This document shows, in pieces, positions 54,180 through 62,997 of a stretch of DNA of 64,000 bases (within the stretch, counting starts at the first letter, position 1; the number at the start of each line of letters is the position of its first letter). The notes under the pieces were generated by a model. It had not been told where the DNA came from. It saw only the letters and a program-made list of their open reading frames with translations, and did not search any database. A program made the translations under genes and the position numbers. Source of the DNA: Terriglobia bacterium (lineage in GTDB: Bacteria > Acidobacteriota > Terriglobia > UBA7540); assembly GCA_035934315.1 (NCBI GenBank), contig DASYXZ010000090.1, forward strand, positions 2,742 to 66,741, in the 5' to 3' direction.

Positions 54180-55031
54180 TCAGAAAAGCGAAGGGCAGAT
54201 GGGCCGGGCGGTGGCCTCATCCGTGTGAACTATACAATCCGCATGCCCCTGCAGCAGTGTGGAAGGATAATCGGACCGGGGTTCGTCCAACACGGAAATG
54301 CGGAAGATGGCTCGGTGGCGCTCTCCACCGGCAAGAAACAAGCGGATGCGCCGCGACGCAAGGATATCGCGCATACCCAGGGTCACGGCCATCGGAGGGA
54401 TGAGATCGGAACTCCCTCCCGTGGCGTAGATACTTTGCACCACGATCGAGTCATCGCCCAGCACCACCACACGGGTGCGTGATTCGCGCAACTGCTGGAC
54501 TGAGATTCGATGCCACCGTGATATAAGCGGCTCGTTGAAGGCCACGTGTCCGTGATAACCGATTCCGCCGAAACATGTATCGATGCCACCGACTCTCTGA
54601 ATCTGCTCGCTGATCCCGTCCGGGTCGAAAGGAGTGGGAAAGTGAACATGGTCAGGCCTGGGTCTCAACTCCGGGTCCAGTTTTTCGAAGACTTGTCGCC
54701 GCATGAAACCCTCGAAGCTCAGAGGGTGCTCGATGGGCAAAGGCCGGCCCTCCCAGTCCAGGAATTCATCCATTTGAAAGGTGTGCGCCTCTTTCCAGCT
54801 TATACGTTCTCGATTGCATATTTCCACAAGCTTGAAATACTGGGCGACGGGACCCACCGGCAGGATCCAGCGCGTCGGCTGCTTCCGCTCGTTATTCGCG
54901 CAAATCTCATCAGCCATCGAGCGGGCAAAGTAACCCAGCATCGACGGAATATCAGGGGAAAGGCGGACGCCCAGTTTTGCGCGCTTTATCAAGCTCTCAA
55001 CGGGCAGGGCGAGTATTTCCTCCAGGCTCAT
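54180..55031 (-). CDS. Glucosamine-6-phosphate deaminase / 6-phosphogluconolactonase superfamily protein (NagB-like), substrate unknown
   Basis: 283 aa. The segments FQMDEFLD and CFGGIGYHGHVAFNEP are NagB-type motifs. It has no signal peptide. Confidence 0.7.
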   Translation of the reverse strand: MSLEEILALPVESLIKRAKLGVRLSPDIPSMLGYFARSMADEICANNERKQPTRWILPVGPVAQYFKLVEICNRERISWKEAHTFQMDEFLDWEGRPLPIEHPLSFEGFMRRQVFEKLDPELRPRPDHVHFPTPFDPDGISEQIQRVGGIDTCFGGIGYHGHVAFNEPLISRWHRISVQQLRESRTRVVVLGDDSIVVQSIYATGGSSDLIPPMAVTLGMRDILASRRIRLFLAGGERHRAIFRISVLDEPRSDYPSTLLQGHADCIVHTDEATARPICPSLF

Positions 55032-55064
55032 TTCCTTGTCCTTATGATCTGAACCGCGGCCATC

Positions 55065-55847
55065 TCACTGATTGAGATGAAGCAGCCTTGCTGCCGTTGC
55101 GCCATTGATTAGATCGAGTGTTTTTTTATCCAGGCCGAGCGGCTCGAAAATCTGGTCGTGAACTCGTTTCCCCGTCTCGAGTTCCTCCACCTTCAGGATG
55201 TCGGTCCCGAAGACGATTTTCTCCCAAGCGGCGGGCCAGAAGAAATGGTAGCGGTAGAAATCCGGTCCTTTGTTCGCCCGCCAGCCTCCCCAGCACGCCC
55301 CCGTAAGGTCTACGTAATAATTGGGATGGATACGGGCCATCATTGAGGCTTCCTCGTGCCATGGAGCTCCCAGATGCGCGCCGACGATGTTGATCCCGGG
55401 GAAACTGCGGGCGACGGCATCGAGCCGCGCCGGCGTCATTTTGGTTGAGTTCACGCGCAGCTCCCTGTCGGCGCTGGTCCGCATCACGATGCCAGTGTGA
55501 AACAGAACAGGAAGGTTGTACTTTTCCATCCGATCGTAGAGGGGAAAGTAACTCAAATCATCGTAAGGGGCCAAAGGGTTGATGATCTTGATTCCGCGGA
55601 AGCCCTGGCTGACATATTTGTCGATTACCTCCGGAGCATCGACGCCAAGGCGCACGTGCGCCAAACCGATGATACGCTCGGGGTATTGCTCGAAGGCCGC
55701 CCGGACCTCGTCGTTTGAAACATGGCCGAATTCTTCTCCCGCCGAACACAAGCAAATACGGTCAATGCCGACCTTCGGCAACTTCTCGATCAGGCGCGGC
55801 AGGAAGTTTTCCTGGCGGGCATAATGGGCATGAAAATCTATGACCAC
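55065..55847 (-). CDS. Amidohydrolase-2 family metal-dependent hydrolase (TIM barrel; lactonase/decarboxylase-type family)
   Basis: 260 aa. It has MVIDFHAHY (the HxH metal motif), PVLFHTG, VGAHLG and the C-terminal FGTD. The start GTG 55847 is preceded by GGAGGG. Confidence 0.75.
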   Translation of the reverse strand: MVIDFHAHYARQENFLPRLIEKLPKVGIDRICLCSAGEEFGHVSNDEVRAAFEQYPERIIGLAHVRLGVDAPEVIDKYVSQGFRGIKIINPLAPYDDLSYFPLYDRMEKYNLPVLFHTGIVMRTSADRELRVNSTKMTPARLDAVARSFPGINIVGAHLGAPWHEEASMMARIHPNYYVDLTGACWGGWRANKGPDFYRYHFFWPAAWEKIVFGTDILKVEELETGKRVHDQIFEPLGLDKKTLDLINGATAARLLHLNQ

Positions 55848-56134
55848 CCCTTTCCCTCCTCGATCAGGCCTGCGCGCTGCGGGCCGGGCTTGTTGCTAAA
55901 GCCATTCCGAACCGCGTCGATTTAAACCAGCCAGTCAACAGGGCGCGTTCCCTATGAATCCGCCCACCCGAATCTGCCTTGTTGCCTTGAATGCCTTTTC
56001 AATGTATCACGCCGAGACCCGCCTGCAAGCCATACTCACTTGCAAGGCCACAACGCGTTAGCCCCGACGCTTGCCACGACTACAAGCCTGCCCCGCTTGT
56101 GAAGTGCTTTGCGGCCAACCGTGTAAAGTAATTC

Positions 56135-56163
56135 TTGACTTTCACTAATATCTGATATACGTT
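56135..56163 (+). promoter_or_regulatory. Candidate promoter of the split UxaA-family operon, with the TGATAT motif inside the spacer/-10 region
   Basis: TTGACT lies at 56135-56140, followed by TTCACTAATATCTGATATACG. The motif ATATCTGATATAC occupies 56148-56160, and the -10 candidates are GATATA/TATACG. The site lies in a 396-nt divergent intergenic region. Confidence 0.35.
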
Positions 56164-56243
56164 TGTGCATGTCAAGACCTTTTTTAATTGATCGCGTGCG
56201 GGGAAATGCGATACACGAGATATTAAATTTCGCGGAGGATCTG

Positions 56244-56522
56244 ATGAGACACTTTCTGGTTCATGATGGCCGGGACAATGTAGGGGTGGTTGTAAGAGAC
56301 GTCAAATCGGGGGAAAACCTCGTGGGGGAAAGCACGGACAGCGGCGCGGCGTTGAAAGTGAAATCGCTCCAACCGATTCCGCTGGGACACAAGATCGCCC
56401 TTAAAGAATTCAAGGTGGGCGATACCGTTATCAAATATGGCGAGGACATCGGCAAAGTGGTGGGCAACATCCGTGCCGGCGAGCACGTTCACGTTCATAA
56501 TCTCAAAACAAAAAGGTGGTGA
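56244..56522 (+). CDS. UxaA-family small subunit (SAF domain); SuyA-like candidate
   Basis: 92 aa. The sequence is [26 protein letters not shown]...[46 protein letters not shown], which is the SAF/altronate-dehydratase N-terminal domain as a separate polypeptide. GGAGG lies 6 nt upstream of ATG 56244. Confidence 0.8.
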   Translation: MRHFLVHDGRDNVGVVVRDVKSGENLVGESTDSGAALKVKSLQPIPLGHKIALKEFKVGDTVIKYGEDIGKVVGNIRAGEHVHVHNLKTKRW

Positions 56523-56527
56523 GAAAA

Positions 56528-57691
56528 ATGCAGAAACCAACATTCAAAGCTTTTCGGCGCGAAAACGGCCGCGTGGGAATTCGTAACCATGTCGTGATTC
56601 TCCCCGTGGATGACATTTCCAACGCCGCCACCGAGGCGGTGGCGCGTGTGATCCACGGCGCTCAGGCGCTTCCCCATGCCTACGGGCGGCTGCAGTTCGG
56701 CGAGGATCTTGAGTTGATGTTTCGAACGCTGATTGGGACCGGGGCGAATCCCAACGTGGCGGCGGCCATCGTCATCGGCATCGAGCCGGGGTGGACAGAC
56801 CGCGTGGTGCAGGGCATCGCCAAAACGGGCAAACCCGTGGCCGGATTTTCCATCGAGCGCAGCGGCGATCTCAAGACAATTGCTGAAGCTTCCCGCAAAG
56901 CCCTGGAATTCGTTCAGCAGGCGAGCGAGCGGCAACGCGAAGATTGCACCATGGACGAGCTGTATGTCTCCGTCAAGTGCGGCGAATCAGACACCACCAC
57001 CGGCCTCGCCTCATGCCCGACGGTTGGCAACGTTGTGGATCGCCTGGTGGACATCAACGGGACAACATCCTTCGGCGAAACATCTGAGTTGACCGGCGCC
57101 GAACATGTGGTGAAGAAGCGCGCCGCCACGCCCGCCATCGGCGAGCAGTTCATGAGGGTGTGGAGCGAATACAACGACTTCATTAATGAAAATAAAACGG
57201 ACGATCTGTCTGAATCCCAACCCACCAAGGGCAACATCCGTGGCGGCCTGACCACCATCGAGGAGAAAGCCTTCGGGAATATCCAGAAGATCGGCAAGCG
57301 CGCGAAGTATGTCGGGGTTCTCCAACCTGCTGAAGCGCCGTCCGGCAAAGGGCTGTGGTATATGGACACGTCCTCGGCGGCCGCGGAGGCTCTCACGTTG
57401 TGGGCCGCTTCGGGCGCCGTACTTCACCTGTTTCCCACCGGCCAGGGAAACATCATCGGAAATCCCATCATGCCGGTGATCAAGCTCTCGGGCAATCCGC
57501 TCACCTGCTCCACCATGAGCGAGCACATTGATCTCGACGTCTCGCAAATTTTGACTGGAGAAATGACGTTCGATCAGGCGGGCGACCGGCTGCTCGAACT
57601 GATGGTCCGCACAGCAAACGGGCGCATGACCGCCAGCGAAGCCCTGGGCCATCGCGAGTTCGTCATGACCAAGCTTTATCGCAGCGCGTGA
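56528..57691 (+). CDS. UxaA-family large (catalytic) subunit; SuyB-like candidate, alternatively a sugar-acid dehydratase
   Basis: 387 aa. The sequence contains [29 protein letters not shown]...[18 protein letters not shown]...[30 protein letters not shown], the altronate/galactarate dehydratase C-terminal domain. It starts 5 nt after the small-subunit stop. Confidence 0.8.
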   Translation: MQKPTFKAFRRENGRVGIRNHVVILPVDDISNAATEAVARVIHGAQALPHAYGRLQFGEDLELMFRTLIGTGANPNVAAAIVIGIEPGWTDRVVQGIAKTGKPVAGFSIERSGDLKTIAEASRKALEFVQQASERQREDCTMDELYVSVKCGESDTTTGLASCPTVGNVVDRLVDINGTTSFGETSELTGAEHVVKKRAATPAIGEQFMRVWSEYNDFINENKTDDLSESQPTKGNIRGGLTTIEEKAFGNIQKIGKRAKYVGVLQPAEAPSGKGLWYMDTSSAAAEALTLWAASGAVLHLFPTGQGNIIGNPIMPVIKLSGNPLTCSTMSEHIDLDVSQILTGEMTFDQAGDRLLELMVRTANGRMTASEALGHREFVMTKLYRSA

Positions 57692-57918
57692 GCTTTCGCG
57701 CCAGCATGTATAGTTGTCGTGGCCATTTGCCGCGTGCCTGCCCCGGTATGACCGCGCGGTTTTTCGAACTGTGTGATTGTGCGGGAGAAAAGAAACTGCT
57801 CATTCTTAGATTAGCTGAAAGCAAGGCAAGGGCGGTCAAGAATCGCTGCAAAAGCACCAGTGATTGATTTGAACACTTGGGTCAAGTTGCAGATCAATAT
57901 CGTTGCGAGGTATCGAAA

Positions 57919-59139
57919 ATGAAATCATCCAAGCCGGATCGTCGGGAATTCCTGCAGGGTCTCGGGACTGCCTCGATTTCGGCGGCAGCTTTTTTGCTGC
58001 CTGCTTCATTATCGGGCCGTGGAATTGATGAGGACGGTATTCTAGCGGGGCGACCGATGGTGCGGTACCCGGAGAAGACTGATCTGATTCTGCTGACCTC
58101 CCGCCCGCCTCAACTGGAAACGCCAATGCGCTATTTGGGCAGCGTGATCACTCCCAACGAGGCCTTCTACGTCAGATATCACATTCCGCCACCGACATCG
58201 GTGGACCTGAATACGTGGCGCCTTAAAATCGCGGGGAACGTCCGCGAACCGATCTCTTTTTCGATGGATGACTTGAGAGGCAAGTTCAGCTCGCAACGGG
58301 TCATCGCCGTGAACCAATGCTCGGGAAACAGCCGTGGCCGATTTTCTCCGCGTGTCTTTGGAGGACAGTGGGGAGACGGGGCGATGGGCAACGCGGCCTG
58401 GACGGGCGCCCCGCTGCGGGATATTCTCGAGCGGGCGGGGCTCAAGGATGGGGCGCTTCAAGTTACCTTCAACGGTCTGGATGATCCCGTCCTCCCCACC
58501 GCGCCGGACTTCGTCAAGAGCCTGACTGTGGACCATATTATGAATGAGCCCGATATTCTTGTGGCTTACGAAATGAACGACAAACCCCTTCCCATGCTGA
58601 ATGGGTTTCCGGCGCGCCTTGTCGTTCCAGGATGGTACGCGACCTATTGGGTTAAGAACCTGGCGGAGATTACGGTGCTCGATCATGAGTTCATGGGTTT
58701 CTGGATGCATAAGGCCTATCGGATCCCTGATACCCCTGGCGCCTGCGTTCCGCCGGGGACCCAGCCGTTGCGGACCATTCCCATCAACCGCATGGACGTG
58801 CGCTCTTTCATCATTACGCCAAGCGAGGGCGATCGCGTCAAAGCAAAGCGGCCAGCGGTCATCAAGGGTATAGTATTTGATGGAGGATCTGGCATTAGCG
58901 ACGTTGTGATTTCGACGGACGCGGGGAACAGTTGGCGCAGCTCAAGGCTCGGGCAGGATATGGGTAATTATTCCTTTCGAGAATGGTCCTTTCAGTGGAC
59001 GCCCCCCAGCCAAGGAAGCTATCGCCTGATGGCGCGTGCGACCAACCGAATCGGCCAATCGCAGCCGCTTGAGCCGCTCTGGAACCCGGCGGGGTTTATG
59101 CGGAATGTGGTGGAACATGTGGATGTTCGTGCGGACTGA
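57919..59139 (+). CDS. Sulfite-oxidase-family molybdopterin oxidoreductase, Tat-exported (SorA/SorT-like sulfite dehydrogenase)
   Basis: It begins MKSSKPDRREFLQGLGTASISAAAFLL (Tat). The Moco-Cys motif is AVNQCSGNSRG. It also has FPARLVVPGWYATYWVKNL and a C-terminal dimerisation-type domain. Confidence 0.8.
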   Translation: MKSSKPDRREFLQGLGTASISAAAFLLPASLSGRGIDEDGILAGRPMVRYPEKTDLILLTSRPPQLETPMRYLGSVITPNEAFYVRYHIPPPTSVDLNTWRLKIAGNVREPISFSMDDLRGKFSSQRVIAVNQCSGNSRGRFSPRVFGGQWGDGAMGNAAWTGAPLRDILERAGLKDGALQVTFNGLDDPVLPTAPDFVKSLTVDHIMNEPDILVAYEMNDKPLPMLNGFPARLVVPGWYATYWVKNLAEITVLDHEFMGFWMHKAYRIPDTPGACVPPGTQPLRTIPINRMDVRSFIITPSEGDRVKAKRPAVIKGIVFDGGSGISDVVISTDAGNSWRSSRLGQDMGNYSFREWSFQWTPPSQGSYRLMARATNRIGQSQPLEPLWNPAGFMRNVVEHVDVRAD

Positions 59140-59169
59140 GGCCTCCAACTGCAGGAAGGGGTGGTAAAA

Positions 59170-59523
59170 ATGAAAGCTGGACTCACAATGGCAGCGATTA
59201 TTTTGACTTGTCTGGCGATGTTTGCGGCGGAGCTATCTCCGAAGAAAGTCATCGAGCTCCCGGCCGATAATTCCATGGCGGAGCTAAAACCCGGGCCGGG
59301 GCTCAAGACAGTTCAAGCAGACTGCGGCGTCTGTCACTCCACGGACTACGTTGTCCGGCAACCGCACAAAAGCGCGAAGGATTGGCAGGCGGAAGTCACG
59401 AGGATGATAACGGCCTTCGGAGCGCCTATTCCGAAGTCGGATGAGGGAATCATTGCCAAGTATTTGGCCACTGCCTATGGGCCACAACCCCCGCAAAAGG
59501 ATCATCCGGGTCCGGTGCGGTGA
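59170..59523 (+). CDS. Small monohaem c-type cytochrome (SorB/SorU-like electron acceptor)
   Basis: It has the signal MKAGLTMAAIILTCLAMFAA, a single CxxCH motif (CGVCHS) and the segment KDWQAEVTRMITAFGAPI. It starts 30 nt after the molybdoenzyme stop, with GAAGGGGTGG upstream. Confidence 0.7.
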   Translation: MKAGLTMAAIILTCLAMFAAELSPKKVIELPADNSMAELKPGPGLKTVQADCGVCHSTDYVVRQPHKSAKDWQAEVTRMITAFGAPIPKSDEGIIAKYLATAYGPQPPQKDHPGPVR

Positions 59524-59799
59524 TTTTCGATTGGTCGAATAATTGTTTTGTCGGGCAGCGCGGCCTGTGGCCGCAACCCAAGTGAGATTCTCGGTGGACT
59601 CTGTGCTTCAAAGATTCCACCACAGAAATCACACAGCGTCACAGTGAACTCTGTGTTCAGTCTTTTCCTGCCACCGAGACTACGAAGTCCATGCGGTTCT
59701 ATCTTCCCGCCACAGAAGAAAAAATCTTCACGGCAGGAGAAGTAGCTGATTCATAGTGTTACAGAATGGTTTTAGGGAGTAAGGAATCCCTGTAGGAAT

Positions 59800-61077
59800 G
59801 TGAGAGAGCTCCGATTCCAGTACGGTGAGGGTCATTTATCTGTACGCATCCCAGCCGCTTTGACATGCGAAACGCTGAGCCCGAAGCTCATGTCCCCGGC
59901 GGCCAACTCTGTTGCCGCTGTGCGCGATGCGTTGCGCGATCCGATCGGCACACCCCCCTTACAGAAACTAGTTCACCCGGGGGAGCGAGTAGCGGTGCTG
60001 GTCAATGACATCACGCGGCTCGTTCATAGTGAGATTTTTCTTCCTGTTCTCATCGAAGAATTAAATGGTTCGGGTATCCCGGATCGCGACATCTTTATCG
60101 TATTCGCGCTCGGCATTCATCGTCGTCAGTCTGCCGAAGAACAGCATCGTATCGTGGGTGAAGAAATTTCCCGCCGTATTGCTCTTTATGACCATGATTG
60201 CCATGACCGGGACAATTTGGTCAGTGTGGGTCAAACAAGCCGGGGCAACGAGGTTTGGATCAACCGCCGCGTTTGGGAAGCTGACCGAGTCATCCTGACG
60301 GGGGAAATTATTCATCATCTAATTGCCGGTTACAGTGGTGGACGCAAAAGCCTCGTGCCAGGGGTGGCGGGAGCGGAGACCACTACATTTAATCATCGAT
60401 TTATTCTGGACCCGAAATGCCAGGCCGGGGTTCTGGATGGAAATCCTGCTCACGAGGATCTTTTGGAGGCCTGCCGGATGTTTGGTCCGGATTTCCTGCT
60501 GAACGTTGTTTTGAATCAAGAGGGAAAAATTGTGCGGGCGGTGGCTGGCCATTATGATTTGGCCCATCGGGAAGGCTGTAAAACCGTTGACCAGATGTAC
60601 CGATACTCTGTCGAAGAACCTTTCGATGTGGTTCTCGCCAGCGCGGGAGGCTTTCCCTTTGACATCGACCTCCGGCAGGCGCACAAAGGGATGGAGAACG
60701 CCACAAGAGCTTTGAAGCCAGGTGGGGTGCTCGTCTATTTTGCCGAATGCCGGGAAGGAGCCGGCCACCGGGCAATTGAAGAATGGGTTAAGAGATTTTC
60801 GACCTCGACCGAAATGGAACGGGAATTGCGCTCAAAGTTCGTCGTGGGGGGGCATAAAGCCTATTGGCTCGCGCGGATGGGCGAGCAGTTGCGAATACTT
60901 TTGGTGTCCGGACTTCCGGAAGAGTTTGTCCGCCGCTGCCATCATCACCCCGCGCCGGATCCCCAAGAGACTGTTGAGCGTGAACTCGCAAATCTGCCAG
61001 TCGGGGTGCGAATCGCCCATATCCCGTATGCCGGTTTTACGCTGCCGGTCGGGGAGCGAAAGTCCGTCGCAGAATAA
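59800..61077 (+). CDS. LarA-family (DUF2088) nickel-pincer-cofactor-dependent 2-hydroxyacid racemase/epimerase homologue
   Basis: 425 aa with a GTG start. Counterparts of the LarA catalytic and cofactor residues appear to be present: FALGIHRRQ (His), GEIIHHLIAGYSGGRKSLVPGV (His plus the NPN-tethering Lys) and TFNHRF (Ni-ligand His). The N-terminal layout is typical (DPIGTPPL..PGERVAVLVNDITR). Confidence 0.8.
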   Translation: MRELRFQYGEGHLSVRIPAALTCETLSPKLMSPAANSVAAVRDALRDPIGTPPLQKLVHPGERVAVLVNDITRLVHSEIFLPVLIEELNGSGIPDRDIFIVFALGIHRRQSAEEQHRIVGEEISRRIALYDHDCHDRDNLVSVGQTSRGNEVWINRRVWEADRVILTGEIIHHLIAGYSGGRKSLVPGVAGAETTTFNHRFILDPKCQAGVLDGNPAHEDLLEACRMFGPDFLLNVVLNQEGKIVRAVAGHYDLAHREGCKTVDQMYRYSVEEPFDVVLASAGGFPFDIDLRQAHKGMENATRALKPGGVLVYFAECREGAGHRAIEEWVKRFSTSTEMERELRSKFVVGGHKAYWLARMGEQLRILLVSGLPEEFVRRCHHHPAPDPQETVERELANLPVGVRIAHIPYAGFTLPVGERKSVAE

Positions 61078-61094
61078 AATCATTTTGGATATCG

Positions 61095-61127
61095 GCCTGC
61101 CTGTCGGCAGGCAGGTTTCCATTTTTG
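61095..61127 (+). terminator. Rho-independent terminator after the LarA-like gene
   Basis: The stem is CCTGCCTG (61095-61102) / CAGGCAGG (61107-61114) with loop TCGG. The T-rich tract TTTCCATTTTTGTG follows. Confidence 0.7.
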
Positions 61128-61193
61128 TGCTGGAGAGAGAGCAACGAAGCGCGATGTCCGGCCCACATTCCAAACGTAATTCGAGGCAAATTT

Positions 61194-62621
61194 ATGAAGA
61201 CTCATCCGCTTTATCTGAACGGCCAGTGGGTGGATAGCACAACACGGCTCGCTATTGTCAACCCGGCCACCGGCGAGCCATTCGCCGAGGTTTCGACGGT
61301 AGACCGAGCCCGGGTAGCGGAGGCGGTGCGGGATGCCCATCAAGCCTTTGAGAACTGGCGTCAGCTCACGGGCAAAGCGCGTGGCGAATACCTGAAAAAG
61401 ATCGCGGATGAACTGGAGCGGCGCGGCGAGGAGATCGCTTGCACCATCACCAGGGAAAACGGCAAACCGCTGCCGCAAAGCCGGGGTGAAGTTGCCATGT
61501 CGGTGGATCACTTGCGCTGGTTCGCGGAAGAAGCGCGCCGCGTGTACGGCCGGATCGTCCCGCCCCAGGCCGGCTCCAAACGGCACCTTGTTATTAAAAC
61601 GCCCATGGGAGTGGTTGCCGCGATCAGTCCGTGGAACTTCCCGCTGGTGCTCGCATTGCGCAAGGTGGCGCCGGCGCTGGCCGCGGGCTGCACGGTGATT
61701 CTGAAACCCGCGAGCGCAACGCCCCTCAGCGCCGTGACGCTGGCCGAATGCGTGGAAGTCGCCAAGTTGCCCCAGGGAGTTTTTCAGCTTGTGCTCGGCC
61801 GCTCCGCCGACATTGCCCAAGAATTTCTGGAAAATCCCCTTTGTCGCAAGATTACGTTCACCGGGTCCACTGAGGTGGGTCGAAAGCTGATCGAGGGTGC
61901 AGCGGCCGGGATCAAACCGCTATCCCTGGAATTGGGCGGCCATGCCCCCGTGCTGGTTTTTGACGACGCCGACCTTGGCCCGGCAGTCGAAGGCGCCATG
62001 ACGATCAAATTCCGCAATACGGGCCAATCCTGCATTGCCGCCAACCGCATCTACGTCCACCGTTCGATCTACGAGAAGTTCCTTGAACTCTTCACTCAGA
62101 AGACGGGCGCCTTGAAAGTGGGCGACGGGATGGAGGACGGGGTGGAGATTGGCCCGCTCATCAATGAAGAGGGAGTCGCCAAGGCTGTCGCGCACATTGA
62201 GGACGCCGTTCGGCGCGGCGCCCGGTTGCTGTGCGGTGGAAAGCGCGTTGAGCGCAAAGGCTGGTTCCTTGAACCGACGGTCCTCGCAGATGTGCCCCCA
62301 GACGCGGTGTGTATGTCCGAGGAAACGTTTGCCCCGGTTGCACCCATTTGTCCCTTCAACGCTGATTCCGAAGCAATCAATTGGGCCAACAGCTCGCTTT
62401 TCGGCCTTAGCGCCTACGCTTTTACGCGCGACCTCAGCCGGACGTGGCGCCTGATGGAATCTCTGGAGGCCGGAACGATCGGGATTAATGACAGTGTTCC
62501 CTCCACCAGCCAATGCCCCTTCGGCGGGATCAAACAGAGCGGTTGGGGACGTGAACTTGGAATCGAGGGCCTGGATGCTTTCGTCGAGACCAAGCACATT
62601 TCTCTGGGAGTTAACATCTGA
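61194..62621 (+). CDS. NAD(P)-dependent aldehyde dehydrogenase, succinate-semialdehyde dehydrogenase (GabD)-like
   Basis: It has MKTHPLYLNGQWVDS, AISPWNFP, FTGSTEVGRKL, the catalytic Glu segment LSLELGGHAP, the catalytic Cys segment NTGQSCIAANR and PFGGIKQSGWGRE. GAGG lies upstream of ATG 61194. Confidence 0.9.
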   Translation: MKTHPLYLNGQWVDSTTRLAIVNPATGEPFAEVSTVDRARVAEAVRDAHQAFENWRQLTGKARGEYLKKIADELERRGEEIACTITRENGKPLPQSRGEVAMSVDHLRWFAEEARRVYGRIVPPQAGSKRHLVIKTPMGVVAAISPWNFPLVLALRKVAPALAAGCTVILKPASATPLSAVTLAECVEVAKLPQGVFQLVLGRSADIAQEFLENPLCRKITFTGSTEVGRKLIEGAAAGIKPLSLELGGHAPVLVFDDADLGPAVEGAMTIKFRNTGQSCIAANRIYVHRSIYEKFLELFTQKTGALKVGDGMEDGVEIGPLINEEGVAKAVAHIEDAVRRGARLLCGGKRVERKGWFLEPTVLADVPPDAVCMSEETFAPVAPICPFNADSEAINWANSSLFGLSAYAFTRDLSRTWRLMESLEAGTIGINDSVPSTSQCPFGGIKQSGWGRELGIEGLDAFVETKHISLGVNI

Positions 62622-62923
62622 CTTTGAAGTAGATCCAAACATTGCCTGCCGCCTCGGAGAAAGTACGAAGAAGGGTCATCGATCACCTAAAAAAATGAAA
62701 TTGGATTCAGCCCGGCAAAAGGTCTCACAAAACAGTGGGGCTCCCCGCCTTAAGCAGGTCTGGAAAAGTTCTGAAAAAAGTTCCAGGGCCACCATGTCTT
62801 AAGGCGACCCTGGAAATCGGGCCAGCGCATCCCACCTCTGGAAGGAGAGGCAATCTGCTTGCGGAGCTGGCATGGGCGTTCGATCATGGGCCCGTTTTGA
62901 TGAATATAATGTTCCGGGATGAG

Positions 62924-62945
62924 ATTTGATATATAGTACTGATAC
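62924..62945 (+). promoter_or_regulatory. TGATAT-type AT-rich motif upstream of the GntR gene (candidate operator)
   Basis: The sequence ATTTGATATATAGTACTGATAC lies about 55-75 nt upstream of the TTG start at 62998. Confidence 0.3.
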
Positions 62946-62997
62946 GCGCAGCTAAAGAGGTTGAGGATTACAGCCTGCGAGTGTCAGGAGGGAAGAA

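Noticed and set aside
28833-59523. A functional link between the sulfatase/anSME genes and the SorAB-like sulfite dehydrogenase.
   Set aside because: Sulfatases release sulfate, not sulfite. The genes are also about 27 kb apart and lie in different transcription units. The sulfite source is more plausibly the adjacent SuyAB-like lyase.
59581-59700. A CACAG/CTGTG-rich stretch (GGTGGACTCTGTG..CCACCACAGAAATCACACAGCGTCACAGTGAACTCTGTG) between the cytochrome c gene and the LarA-like gene; considered as a repeat element or sRNA.
   Set aside because: The sub-repeats are short (5-7 nt). Their order does not give a consistent hairpin or tandem array, and there is no second copy in the window. This is not enough to call a feature.
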